Source: Octopus vulgaris (lineage: Eukaryota). Taken from it: a stretch of DNA of 64,000 nt. A program made the position numbers and the translations under genes. Below the pieces are notes generated by a model. The model was not told the origin of the DNA. It saw only the letters and a program-made list of their open reading frames with translations, and ran no database searches. The stretch spans positions 11,098,001 through 11,162,000 of the forward strand of contig OX597816.1 in the NCBI GenBank assembly GCA_951406725.2, read 5' to 3'. Shown here in pieces: positions 24,363 to 37,559 of the stretch (position 1 is the stretch's first letter; every line of letters begins with the position of its first letter).

Positions 24363-25204
24363 TACTATATATATATGTACAAACACACACACACACACAT
24401 ACATATAAGGCTTCTTTCAGTTTCCATCTACCTAATCCACTTACAAACTGATCAGCCTGAGGCTATAGCAGGAGACACTTATCCAAGGTGCAGCACAGTG
24501 GTAGAGGAGCAATCTTCTTACCACACAGCCATGCCTGTGCCTAGAGCAGAAGTCTCTCATTCATCCAAGGAACCAAACAGTGAAACCGAACCCACGAACA
24601 TTATACTTGGGAAACCAAACTTCTAAGCAACATAACCACACCTGATTCCATTCCCCAGGCTTACTCATGAACGCAGTCGGCAATGTGTGGAGGTAGAATT
24701 TATCTGTTAGATTGTTAAACTGTGGCTGTTTAGCAACTTCCTTACCGATTCAGGAAATAATAATGTATTGTTTGGTTTGGCACCGCTGCATAGTTTGATA
24801 TGTTTACTGAAATAATGGCTGCTGTGTCACATAGTTTGCTGTGGCTTAATGGTCATAATTAGTCATGTGTAACTCTGATAGGAAACAGAATTTTAGACGC
24901 CTTTGTGTTAATTAGTTTTTCTGAGATAGGAAATAGATTTGACAGTTCATTTGGCAACGGTGTGACCTTTGCTTCTATTTGAAAACTTTAGTGCAATAAT
25001 ACACACACCCACCCACACACACACACACATGAGTGTGTGTTCGTGGGTGTCTGTGTGGGTGTGCGTATATAATACATATTTTATATATATATATATATGT
25101 GTGTGTATGTATGCAGGCATGTATATAGAGTTACATATATATATCTATATCTATCTATTTATTGATCTTATCTATCTACCTACCTACCCATCACTCTCTC
25201 TCTC

Positions 25205-25246
<42 letters not shown>

Positions 25247-25381
25247 TATATATGTACATGTATCTATCTATCTATCAATCTATCTATATGTATGTATGTT
25301 TGTTTCTAACTTTCTGTCTATGTATATCTCTGTATATATCTATATACATATATACATATGTGCATACATGCACGCACGCAG

Positions 25382-25436
<55 letters not shown>

Positions 25437-25845
25437 CACATTTATATCCATTCTTTGCCAGACTGTTTCCAATCTAATATAACAAAAGACAATGGAAAAG
25501 CGTATGGAAAAGAATGATAACATTTTTATGTTAATTTTGACACCCACAAATGATGTAACTTAATATAAAGCAAACACATTGAACAAATTCAAAATAATTC
25601 AATGTTAGAGATAAATTATGATAGAACAGAGAGTTGCAAACATAGCTGATGTCTTAATTACATATATATATATTCTTTTTATGTTTTTTTTTGTTCATTT
25701 ATTTGTTTCAGTCATTTGACTGAGGCCATGCTGGAGCACCATCTTTAGTCAAGCAAAATTCTTTGTATGCCTAGTACTTATTCTATTGGTCTCTATTGTC
25801 TACCAAACCCACTCACAAAGCTTAGGTTGAGCTTAGTCGTTGCCA

Positions 25846-26280
25846 GTTGAAGACCCATGAAGATGTGGGACAAATTGGTGAGGACAGATCTACAGATGTT
25901 GGGACTCATGAAGAGGATGATAAGGGACCAAGACTCCTGGCTGTTTGCTGTGCTTGAGAAGACATCAAGCTAAGTAAGAGCGTGGTTGCCCTTGCATATA
26001 GGCGTCTACCCTGCATCCCTCTCAGCTGACCATTTTTAATCCTGTGAGCTTGTAGGTACTGGTGCTACATAAACCCATCTGTGCCAGTGCTGTGTAAACG
26101 CACCCAGTACACTCTGTGAAGTTGTTGGCATTAGGAAGGGAATCCTGCCATAGAAACCATGCCAAAATAGACAGTTGGAGCCTGGGAAGCCCTTCAGCTG
26201 GTCAGCTGCTATCAAACCGTCCAACCCATGCCAGCATGGAAAACAGATGTTAAATGGTGATGATAATAATGATGATGATT
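25846..26280 (+). mobile_element. RTE LINE 3' end
   Basis: RPMKMWDKLVRTDLQMLGL..DQDSWLFAVLEKTSS*, then shared 3'UTR and (GAT)n tail. Confidence 0.75.
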
Positions 26281-26705
26281 TATAAAATAATCTATTTACA
26301 TAGTCGACCGGTTTCACACACATATATGTGAACATGTCTGAAACTTTATATATCTTTATATACTCTATATAAATGAATTGAAAATATGCCTGAAGTTATA
26401 TAAATGAAGTGTTTTAATGTTCACAGCTTTTCTTTCAGTCAGATTAGCAACAATATTAGAGAAACAAAATATATACCAATATTTTTTGAGACAATGCCAT
26501 TGTTTAGACTCACTGGAATAATAACTATGCAATACTTTTCTTAATTTTTTCTGACACATATCCTTATCATATATATATCATCATCATCGTTTAACGTCCG
26601 CTTTCCATGCTAGCATGGGTTGGACGGTTCAACTGGGCTCTGGGAAGCCAGAAGGCTGCACGAGGCCCAGTCTGATCTGGCAGTGTTTCTATATATATGT
26701 ATATA

Positions 26706-26832
26706 CAGGGTGTCTACAAAGTCTGGGTACATGGAGTAAATAAAATCATAACATAAAGAATTAAATATAAGAAATAATAATTTCTTAAAGTATGTGTTAA
26801 TCCCCATGCACACAGACTTTGTGGACACCCTG
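26706..26832. mobile_element. 127-bp Tc1/mariner MITE
   Basis: TA|cagggtgtctacaaagtctgggtacatgg ... ccatgcacacagactttgtggacaccctg|TA. Confidence 0.85.
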
Positions 26833-26890
26833 TACATACAGACGTACATAAATACATATGTGTTTGTATGTTTAGGTGTGTGTGTGTGTG

Positions 26891-26923
<33 letters not shown>

Positions 26924-27405
26924 ATTTGTGTGTGATGCGATCACCTGATCATCCAAACTATTGGATGTTGTTATACATCACTGGTCACAATGTGCTTTGT
27001 ATTTTATCAACCTTCTGAAAGATGCCATCCTGATGGCCAGTCGAGCAGGCCTGTCATTTCTTCTGTTTGGAAGGTTTAGTCCATCACAGCTCAGTAGACT
27101 GGAATTACATGACAGGAATTATCCTGCTCAAGATCATAATGTGCAGCCAGTCTAGGAATTGAAACCACAATCTCCTGATAGAGAGTGCACCATGCCTCAC
27201 TACGTAGCCATATCCCTTCACACACACACACACACACATGTAAATGTATGTATATTTATGTTCACTTATTAACTGTTCGCTTCCTGTGCATTATTCTGTG
27301 AACTGTTCATACAGTTTTTGGGTATTATTTTTCTGCGGAGCTGTAGAGAACCTGAGCACTGTGTACAATTACTGCATTATTAATTTTTATGTATGACAGG
27401 AAATA

Positions 27406-27446
<41 letters not shown>

Positions 27447-27612
27447 CACTCCACCAGTTATGATGACGTGGGTTTCAGTTGATCCGATCACCAGAACAGT
27501 CTCCTTGTGAAATTAATAGGCAAAAGGCTGAGCATTCCACAAACACACATTCCCTTAATATAGTTCTGAGAGAGATTCAGCATGACACAGAGTGTGACAA
27601 GGCTGACCTTGT

Positions 27613-27658
<46 letters not shown>

Positions 27659-27757
27659 GTATTTATCATAAGGGTACACGAGGCATTTACCTGTTAGAAA
27701 GTGTGGTTAAAATCCTCAGCTAAACCACCAATAATACTGAAAAATTCAACAGATATA

Positions 27758-28143
27758 GGCGCAGGAGTGGCTGTGTGGTAAGTAGCTTGCCTACCAACCA
27801 CATGGTTCTGGGTTCAGGCCCACTGCATGGCATCTTGGGCAAGTGTCTTCTGCTATAGCCTCGGGCCGACCAATGCCTTGTGAGTGGATTTGGTAGACGG
27901 AAACTGAAAGAAGCCTGTCGTATATATGTATATATATGTATGTATGTATATGTTTGTGTGTCTGTGTTTGTCCCTCTAGCATTGCTTGACAACCGATGCT
28001 GGTGTGTTTACGTCCCCGTCACTTAGCGGTTCGGCACAAGAGACCGATAGAATAAGTACTGGGCTTACAAAGAATAAGATTTGCTCGACTAAAGGCGGTG
28101 CTCCAGCATGGCTGCAGTCAAATGACTGAAACAAGTAAAAGAG
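27758..28143 (+). mobile_element. SINE family A, full length
   Basis: Matches family A consensus. Confidence 0.85.
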
Positions 28144-28692
28144 ATAACAACAGTAGTCGGGCTGAACAGATAAAGAATTTAAACATACCATCGCAGCTGA
28201 GTGCTATATACTTTGGCATTTGGATACAGGTGTATCATGATTTTGAGTTTTAGTGAAAACACCTTAAGTCTCTTCAGGAAGTTTTACCAAGTGAAAAAAT
28301 TCAACTCATGACACTGAAGTCTACTGGTGTTCTGAATTGCTTTGCACCAAATTCAGAACAGCTTCAGTATAAATAGATTAATAAGGAGAAAATACTGAAA
28401 AGCGAATATTTACAAGGATATTATTATTGTTATTATCTGCAGTAAATATGCTTAATTGATAACGATAACAATAATATAGGTGGTTGCAGACATTAAATTG
28501 CATTGGATAGCTATAGAATTAGAATTTATATTTATCATAAGGGCATGCGAGGCGCCTACTAGCTAGAAAGTGGAATTGATATATATATATATGTAATTGA
28601 TAAAAAAAGGAAGAACACAAAAAAACAACAACAATGTGAAGACGTGGTACATGCAAAGTATTAGCAGAGGCTCAGGGAAGGAAAGAAAGGTG

Positions 28693-28727
28693 GTTTAATG
28701 TTTCAAGCAAAGCTCTTCATAAGAAAC
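28693..28727 (-). ncRNA. Penelope-type minimal hammerhead motif, degenerate
   Basis: Reverse strand gttt-CTTATGA-a-gagc-ttt-gctt-GAAA-catt-aaac; stem I gttt/aaac and stem II gagc/gctt preserved. Confidence 0.55.
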
Positions 28728-28790
28728 AGGAGAGAGAGGAAAATTCAAGACAAAAGGAAGATGGAGGTAAAAAATCACCAACAATCCACA

Positions 28791-28852
<62 letters not shown>

Positions 28853-29105
28853 TATATGTGAAAAATACAAAATGGGACAAGAACACAAAACATCCGGACA
28901 GTTAGGTGATACAAAAATGAGACAACAAAACATCCAAATAGACGATACAAAGAAACCAAGGACAGGTCATTCAAAGTTTTCTTTCCTTAGTCGAGTACCA
29001 GATTATCTTCACAATTTTGGCTAATTATATATATATATATGTCTATATATACATGTATATATCTATCTGTCTATCTATCTATCTATCAATATATCTTGTG
29101 TTTAG

Positions 29106-30198
29106 ATGTATGACCACAATTCTTCACCCTATGAGATGACATCTGGTGTACCACAGGGATCTATTCTTGGCCCCCTTTTATTTGTTGCATATGTTAATTA
29201 CATAGATGCCAACTTAAAGAATGCCACAGTGCTGAAATATGTAGATGACATCAAGCTGTACCTCGAAATAAAGAGGTCAGATCCTGTACACTATAGATCT
29301 CTATTGCAAGCAGACCTGGACACAATGCAGCAGTGGATCATGGACTGGCAACTCAAGCTGGCTGTGGACAAATGTACCACCATGCATTTTGGGAAGAGAA
29401 ACCCAGCGTCCACTTACTCCCTCCACAACACTAATCTCAAAAAGTCTTTATGTGAACGTGACCTGGGAGTTATTGTCAACAGTGATTTGCGTTGGACAAA
29501 ACACATCGCTAAAATTGTCAAGAAGGCTGAGGGTGTCTTGGCATCACTCACCAAATCCTTTGTGGGCCGCTCTCCGACTATCTATCTGCGGCTTTATATA
29601 GCTATGGTAAGACCTCACCTGGAATTTGCATCACCGGTCTGGAACCCCTATCTTGCCCAGGATATCAATCATCTGGAAGCCATTCAGCGACGTGCAACCA
29701 AAAGAATACCCTCCATCAGGCATTTGCCATATTCTGAACGCCTTACTTCCATGGGCATGGACACATTGAAACTCCGACGTCTGGCAGCTGACTTGGCAGA
29801 CACCCATAAAATTATCAACCATCTTACAAACAATAACTCTGAGCACCTTTTCAAACTCTACCTGTCTAACACCCGTGGACATATTTACAAAGTTAGAAAA
29901 CAGCACAGCTCCCATGACTTTAGGAAACATTTTTTCATGCTGAGAGTTGCTGAAGCATGGAACAAACTGCCGGCATCAGTTGTTAGTTGTCGGAGCGTTG
30001 CATCCTTCAAAACTTCCATGCTTCCTGAGATTCCCCAACACTACACCTGATTTTCTCCCCTCCATACACACACAAGCATATATCTGACTCATACATTGTT
30101 CACTTTCCAGACATTTGTACATTACTGCATGTACTCTATACGCACTTTCTGACAAGTTGTGGTGCACCTGAGCACTGTATACAATAATTTCATTATTA
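29106..30198 (+). mobile_element. 5'-truncated CR1-clade LINE: open RT C-terminal half (29106-30050) plus 3'UTR
   Basis: SGVPQGSILGPLLF, YVDD, ERDLGV, YIAMVRPHLEFASPVWNPY, QRRATK, TRGH..K, WNKLP; ends cctgagcactgtatacaat..cattattat. Confidence 0.92.
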
Positions 30199-30718
30199 TA
30201 ATTTTAATTGTATGAGTTAGAATTCTGTATAGATTATTACTCTTCAGTCAGATTCCAAAAGAATGGTTAGTATAACACTGTACTTAGCAATGTTACTAGT
30301 TACGATATACAGAGCATGTGTAGCAGAAATTTAAACAAACACCAGCATATATTATTAGTTGCTAAATATGTTTCTTCATTGTAGTTATTTGGAAGTCAGT
30401 ATTGGTTGTTGCATATACATTCACATGCCTGACCACAATAGACCTTGAGAGGAAGAATTTATTGCATTCTCTGTTTCAGAGATGCATTGTAGTTAAGAAT
30501 CCAAATGTTCTTGCAACATCCAATATTCATTTCCAAATAACGGCAGCAGGGGAACTGATATAGCAACTAATAATCTATACTTGTGTTTATCTTAATTTTT
30601 GCCCTATATTATTATACACCCTGCCGCTTTCTATAGATGTGCACACGCACTCATACACACACACATACATATAATATATACACACACATATCTATATATG
30701 CATGCATATATATATCCA

Positions 30719-30765
<47 letters not shown>

Positions 30766-30873
30766 ATATATATATTTATATATATATTTAGAGAGAGGGA
30801 GACGTGTGTGTATTTGTGTAATAATACATATATGTACATATGTATATATATATTTGTGTGCGCGTGTTCCTGC

Positions 30874-30910
<37 letters not shown>

Positions 30911-31794
30911 TACATACATACATTTATGTATATCTACATGCCTACACACACACACATGTGCACATATATATATATACATATATATAATCACACATTCATA
31001 CACAAGCACATATAGCTAGCAATAATGATAGAAATATTTTTTGTCTTTTCCATTGTCTAAGATTATACACTTTGTATCTTTTAAATCCATATTACTTATA
31101 TATATATATGTGTGTGTGTGTGTGTATATATAAATGTATACATATATGAATGTATGTGCATATATATATATGTGTGTGTGTGTGTATTTAACTTTTATAT
31201 CCCCTGTGTATTGTATATGCATTTCTGAGGGATATCTCTTTTGATCTTTAAGTTTTGTTAGTAACAGCTCTTTTGAATAAGAATCTGTTTCTTTTCATCT
31301 ATCTGTGTTGCCTTGGAAACACAAAATGACTGAGACCCCACTCCACACACACACACACACACACGACACACATACGTATGCACACCTATGCAGGCACATG
31401 CATACACATACACACTTATCCCCTATTTTCTTAGCTAGATCAAATATGCCAACTGCTAAGAAGTAAAGAAATAAGTTCATAAGAAACAAAATCTCTGATC
31501 GGAGTTTTATTTTCTGCTGTGACCTTATTCAACTTTATACAGTTAGGAAAAAAATGTTCTAAGTAAATGCCATGAATGTCACAACACCTCATTTTCCCCT
31601 CCCTTCAATGAATTATTTCCAATTTCATTTCAACAAGCAGCTACAGGGTGAGGCAGGAAAAGCCTACACTCTGGTTGTTTTGATGCATATTATCAAATAA
31701 ATTTAGGTAGGTGATGGTGGTGTCTTAATGCAGATGAGGTTTTATCATTTGTTTTCTAGTTACCATTAAGGTTTGAACCAGTGCACTCTGTGTA

Positions 31795-32255
31795 ACAGGT
31801 GCAATTTGCATTTAAAGATAAATATTTTCTGCTTACTTTGTATGGAAAGGTAATCTTTTGTGCACTTTGCATGGAAAGATAAATACCTTGAATATTTTCA
31901 TGGAAAGATAAAATTTTTGTGCCTTTTGCATGCAAAGATAAAATTTGTTGCACACTTTGCATGCAAAGATAAAAATTTTTGCGCACTTTGCATGGGGAGA
32001 TAAAAATTTTTTGTGCACTTTGCATGGAAAGATAAAAAATAGCTTGAATTTTTTTTATGGCAAGATCAAAATTCTTTATGCATTTTGCATGCAACGATAA
32101 AACTTTTTGCATACATTGCATGGAAAGATAAAGTTTGCATGTGCAATTTGCATGGAAAGATAAACATTTCTTGTACACATTGCATGAAAAGATAGAAATT
32201 GTCAGTGCATCATCTTGCACGAAAAGATTAAAATTACTGGTGCACTTTGCAATGC
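31795..32255. repeat. Degenerate minisatellite of about 30 bp (about 14 units)
   Basis: Unit approximately gtgcactttgcatggaaagataaaaattttt. Confidence 0.85.
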
Positions 32256-32494
32256 GAGTTAACAATTACTGCTGCCCTTACCAAATGTAAATGCATCCAA
32301 TGAATAAACAACTCCGTCAATTTACTGCTACAGTTTGTACTGTCCATCCCTTATTTTGTACTACCCATTCTTTGGATTTTAATGTCCATCCCCTATTTAC
32401 TATTACAGCTCCCTATTTATTAATTTTGGAAGGATGAGAAGCAAAGTTGACTTTACCGGGAATTGAACCTAGAATGCAAGAAATCAGAATCATC

Positions 32495-32900
32495 AATCAT
32501 CATCATCATCATCGTTTAATGTCCGTTTTCCGTGCTAGCATGGGTTGGACAGTTCGACCAGGGTCTGCGAAGCCAGGAAGCTGCACCAGGCTCCAGTCTG
32601 ATCTGGCAGTGTTTCTACAGCTGGATGCCCTTCGTAACACCAACCACTCCATGAGTGTAGTGGGTGGTTTTTACGTGCCACCGGCAGAGGGGCCAGGGGA
32701 GGCTGGCAAATTGCCACGATCGGTTGGTGCGTTTACATGTCACCGGCACGGGTATCTTAACTACAATTTTCATTTGATTTTCATTTTGATGTTGGTGTTA
32801 ATGTACTTGACTCAATAGGTCTCCTCAAGAACAGCGGGTCACTCTATGATCCATGGTTAGCACAGCAGGCCGTCCTGCGAGCCATGGACTCACTTCATTT
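32495..32900 (-). mobile_element. RTE LINE 3'UTR
   Basis: catcatcgtttaatgtccg...gctggatgcccttc motif. Confidence 0.8.
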
Positions 32901-33065
32901 GGCGGGTCATTATAATGTGTTGTGGCCAACTCTAACACTTCCTCCACTTCTCTGTATCCAATTTAAGCATAGGAGAGTGAAATGTACTCCTGTACATGTG
33001 TGATAATTGTAATGGATAATATCTTGATAAACTTTTATAACATGCCATCAAAAATGTGAAACATT

Positions 33066-33490
33066 CATCATCATCATCATCATCGTTTAATGTCCGTTCT
33101 CCATGCTAGCATGGGTTGGACGGTTCGACCGGGGATCTGGGAAGCCAGAAGGCTGCACCAGGCTCCAGTCTTAACTGGGAATGTTTCTACAGCTGGATGC
33201 CCTTCCTAACGCCAACCACTCCGTGAGTGTAGTGGGTGCTTTTTACGTGCCACCTGCACAGGTGCCAGGCGAGGCTGGCAATGGCCACGGTCGGATTGGT
33301 GTATATGTCTTCGCAAGCAAAGGGGGTTGGCATGGGTGCCTGTTGTATGATCGGATTGGTGTATTTTACGTGCCACCGGCACGGAAGCCAGTGGAGGCGG
33401 CGCTGGCATCGGCCACGAGTCGGATAGTGCTTTTTACGTACCACCAGACCAGGGATCCTGGCTGGTTCAATTCGATTTCGATTTCGCTTG
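33066..33490 (-). mobile_element. RTE LINE 3'UTR with internal repeats
   Basis: Same family as 20478-21197. Confidence 0.8.
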
Positions 33491-34705
33491 CCCCAACATG
33501 TCTTAAATTTCATGTAAAGTTGATGAAGGTGGGCGATGAAAGATGAAAGGCAAGATTGACTTTACTGGGAATTGAACCCAGAATAAATTCCATTTGCTCT
33601 ACTCAATTTACGATTAATTTATTATTAATTACCTTCCCCTGAATGTTTTTTATATTTGGTCATTTCTCAACTTACATATACATAGTATAATTACAGTATA
33701 CTTTTACTTACCTCTTAGTAAGCAAAACAATAACTTTTATTATTCCCATATATACCCCCCTCTCTCTCTCTCACTCTCTCTCTTTAAAAGCATGTCTATC
33801 TCATGTGTATAATAATTTTCAAGTTTTTTTTATCTATTCACATGAATGTTTACATTCACAGGTTCATAATTTGTATAAGTCCCTAATTTGTATAAGTCCC
33901 TAATTTAGTTGCTCCTAGTTTTTACGTAAGCTTTTCTCCTCTAAATTGAATTAATTGTACTAGATGAACCCTAAATCACTGTAAATAACAATCATTTACT
34001 TCTACCTCTTTTCACTTTGGTATGTCCCTAAATTAAATTATTCCCAGATTTTACTTCGCCATTCACCTCTATATGAATACCTGCTTCTGGTTTTGAGAGC
34101 TTTATATTTAACTATTTAATTTTTATTAATAAATTTTAACTTGTTGAATTGACCCATATTCAACCCCTTATTATCATTTATATTAGCATATTTTTATTCC
34201 CTTTAATTCTTATTTTTGTATTCATTCATTTATGTTAAATACCATATCTCCATACCTTAGCAACTTAACATATTTACTTCCGGTATTTCACTATATGAAT
34301 GCTTTAAATTAAATTTTGTCCAATAGCTCTTTATCTTTATTAGTCTAGCTCAATAATAATTTTTTTAAAGGATGTAAGGTAATAACTTATAATTCATTAT
34401 TAATTTTTAAAAAATTTGGATCTCCCTCTAGTTTCACTCTTTACTCTATCTATTTTGATTTATTTATTTTAATTCATTTTTATTTATAATTTTTATGTAC
34501 CCTAACATTGAGTAAATGTTCTCGTAGGTCTTTTAACTATTTCGATACTTTTAATAAGTAATATATTGCCTGAGTATCTTCCACCTTAATTGTATATTAG
34601 TATCTATACACACTTGAATTAAACTCTACATACTAAGTTTATATTGATTTAATAAGAATAAACATAACAGCACAATATGACATTTTTACCAATTATATCT
34701 ATTTG

Positions 34706-35003
34706 TTTCTTCACGAGCCATGCCTGGCTCATTAGGGCCAGTTTCCTGGTTTCCTTGGCATATAGGTTCCCCACCTGGATGGGATGCCAGTCTGTCGCAG
34801 GTGAGCTGCAAGATGCAGGAGGAAAGATTGAGAGAAAGTTGTGGCGAAAGAGTCAGCAGAAGTTCGCTATTACCTTCTGCTGGAGCCGTGCGGAGCTTAG
34901 GTGTTTCACTCATAAACACACACATCGCCCAGTCTGAGATTCAAACCCACGATCCCTTGACCGCGAGTCTGCTGCTCTAACCACTAGACCATGTGCCTCC
35001 ACT
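34706..35003 (-). mobile_element. tRNA-headed SINE family C with 17-bp TSD
   Basis: Reverse strand tggaggcacatggtctagtggttagagc...ggtttgaatctc; TSD ccaattatatcta(t/c)ttg at 34689 and 35004. Confidence 0.85.
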
Positions 35004-35211
35004 CCAATTATATCTACTTGAGGTTTCTTATACTGAACACTCCAGATGAATATATTGTTTTACAACTCCATTATACACAACCTTACTCTCCTTCTATGGT
35101 CTCTCCATTTTTATTTTTATACCTTGTTCAGTATGTATAAATTTTATCAGTTAACAGTTTGCAGTCAACTACTTAACATAAGGAAATTGAACACCTATTT
35201 TGTATAGCTTT

Positions 35212-35301
35212 ATCTACCTCTGAAGAGATTTGACTGACAAATAATTTTTAATTTAATTAATTAATTTTCTCAGGATCTGAATTGAAACAGCTGTAAGGGA
35301 T
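35212..35301 (+). ncRNA. Type I hammerhead ribozyme candidate with intact core
   Basis: atc(ta)cct-CTGAAGA-long AT-rich stem II-GAAA-CAGCTG-TA-agggat; palindromic ACAGCTGT helix III, GUA cleavage triplet. Confidence 0.7.
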
Positions 35302-35366
35302 GTTTGTCAATTTTTTAATTCATAAATAATAATTTATTAATTGCCTCTCTATTCTCTCATCTCATC

Positions 35367-35397
<31 letters not shown>

Positions 35398-35681
35398 TTA
35401 TCATCATCATCATCATCAACATCCTCATTTAACGTCTGTTTTGGCATGGTTTCTATGGCCGGATGCTCTGCGTAACGCCAACCACTCAAACAGGTCTACT
35501 GGGTGGTTTTACACAGTACCTGTACTTATGAGCCCAAAAGATTAGGGATGCTCAGCTGGAGAGGGTTGCAAAGGATGAGCCTATATGCAAGGGAAAGCAC
35601 ACTTTTATTTAGAAGCACAGCAAACCACCAGAAGTCTTGGTCCCTTGTCACCCTCCCCACCTGTGACTCACAACATTTATA

Positions 35682-36233
35682 CTAGGGTGAGTCAAAAAGT
35701 AATGTCATTTTGTTTAGGACAGGTATAATTACCAACACAGGAACATGTATTATACATCAAAATGAAGCTGGTCCTCTGTGGATCACATCCCTACTTCTCA
35801 ATATAGTCACCATTTCTCTCAATAGCAATATTCCACCTTTGAATGAAAGCTTGTATCTCTGCCCTGTAAAATTCTGTTGACTGTTCTTTGAGCCACTTCT
35901 TCACTAGTTTTCACTTCCTCATCAATGGAATAATGTTTGCCTCTCAAACCCTCTTTCGTGGCGCCAAAGAGATGATAGTCTGAAGGTGCTAAATCTGGTG
36001 AGTGTGTAGATAGTGAAGAGATGGCTCAAAGAAGTCAACAAAACTTTATGGGGCAGAGATACAAGCTCTCATTCAAAGGTGGAACATTGCTATTGAGAGA
36101 AACAGTGACTATGTTGAGAAATAGGGATGTGAGCCACTGAGGACCAGCTTCCTTTTGATGTATGATACATGTTCCTATATTATTAATTATACCTGTCCTA
36201 AACAAAATAGCATTACTTTTTGACTCATCCTCG
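35682..36233. mobile_element. Fold-back mariner MITE with arms of about 225 bp built from two transposon 3' ends
   Basis: TA|ctagggtgagtcaaaaagtaatg ... cattactttttgactcatcctcg|TA; arms carry the mariner C-terminus (VKRWLKE..IQALIQRWNIAIERNSDYVEK*). Confidence 0.85.
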
Positions 36234-36245
36234 TACATATATGTA

Positions 36246-36811
36246 TTGGGTTGTCCAGAAAGATTGTGCCGATTTATAGTAGCTTATCATTTGACTTATT
36301 TTAGAACATGGTTGAGTCCATAAAATAGTATTTGACTACACCTCCATTTAGAGCACAGTTTAAGCTATCTTTCCGTGGAAGAAGGTTTATGTTCCTATAA
36401 CCTGTGTTAATTCTGTAACCCTTTAAAATGGAAGATAAGAAAGTTCATTTTCGGCACTTGATGCTTTGGGAACCAGACAAAACTTGCTGCAGCTCAGCTG
36501 GGATGTGTTACCCGACCCTCCATATTCACCAGATATTGTTCCTTCGGATTTCCACTTATTCAGGTCTCTGCAAAATAGTCTTAATGGTAAAAGTTTCAAT
36601 TCCTTGGATGACGTAAAAAGATACCTTGATGAATTGTTTGCCATGAAACCACCTCACTTCTGGGAAGAGGGTATTTTCAAATTAAAGGAAAGATGGAGAC
36701 GCATTGTGCAACAGAATGGTTCATATTTGGTTGATTAAAAATGTAATGTCAAGTATTTATTGACCTTTTTCTTTCCTTTAAAAATTGGCATGAACTTTCC
36801 AGACCACCCAA
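36246..36811 (+). mobile_element. mariner internal-deletion derivative with both TIRs
   Basis: TA|ttgggttgtccagaaag ... ctttccagaccacccaa|TA; MEDKKVHFRHLML start fused to WDVLPDPPYSPDIVPSDFHLFRSLQNSL..ERWRRIVQQNGSY. Confidence 0.9.
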
Positions 36812-37003
36812 TATATAAACATAGAAGCATGTGGCTTAGTGGTTAGAGTGTTTTTCTCACAATAATAAGATTACAAAATGATCCTTATAGCCTTAATACC
36901 TAACTGGACTCACATCTCTTTTTTTCTCATAAGGGTAAATATGAATCCCCTAGATCCTATTCTTCTATGTTCTTTCTCAAGTTCTTTGTAAAAATTTTGT
37001 TTA

Positions 37004-37108
37004 TTGAAGAGTACACTGATATATAATCAATTTAATTAATTTAACCATTTCTATTCAACCATGATTTTGCATGATTTTTATTTCGCTCTACGAAACAATT
37101 GTCTGCAT
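37004..37108 (+). ncRNA. Degenerate hammerhead-like motif with long stem II
   Basis: ttgaaga-gtacactgatata...tatttcgctctac-GAAA-CAATTG-TC; palindromic helix III and GUC triplet, stem I poorly preserved. Confidence 0.45.
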
Positions 37109-37559
37109 GAATTAAAATTCTCTTCTATATTTTACCATCTTCTCTTCTCCATTTTTAACAAAATTGTTGAGTTTTATGAGATTCCTTTCCATAAATTCAC
37201 AACACACCATAAACAAGTTATTATTTTCATATTCACAAGCTTACGCCAGTAAGCTACCAGCAAAACATGAAGAATCTATATTAGGAATTTTTTTGGGCGG
37301 GGGGGAACCTCCAAATTAAAGGTCGAATCAAATTCAATCTTTTTTACACACACACACACACACGCATATATATATGATGAAGGTATGTTGCTTAGTGTTA
37401 GGGCATTCGGCTCACGATTGTAAGGTCGTGAGTTCAATTCCTGGTGACGCATTATGTCCTTGAGCGAGACATTTTATTTCTCGTTGCTCCAGTCCACTCA
37501 CTGGCAAAAACGATTAGTACTTGTATTTCAAAAGGTCAGCCTTGTCACACTCTGTGTCA

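Noticed and set aside
29106-30050. Intact host gene or active LINE
   Set aside because: Only the C-terminal half of a CR1 RT; 5'-truncated and lacking the endonuclease and N-terminal RT motifs.
30205-30255. Minus-strand CTGAAGA-gta..tac hammerhead-like motif
   Set aside because: No GAAA in register and no convincing helix III or stem I.
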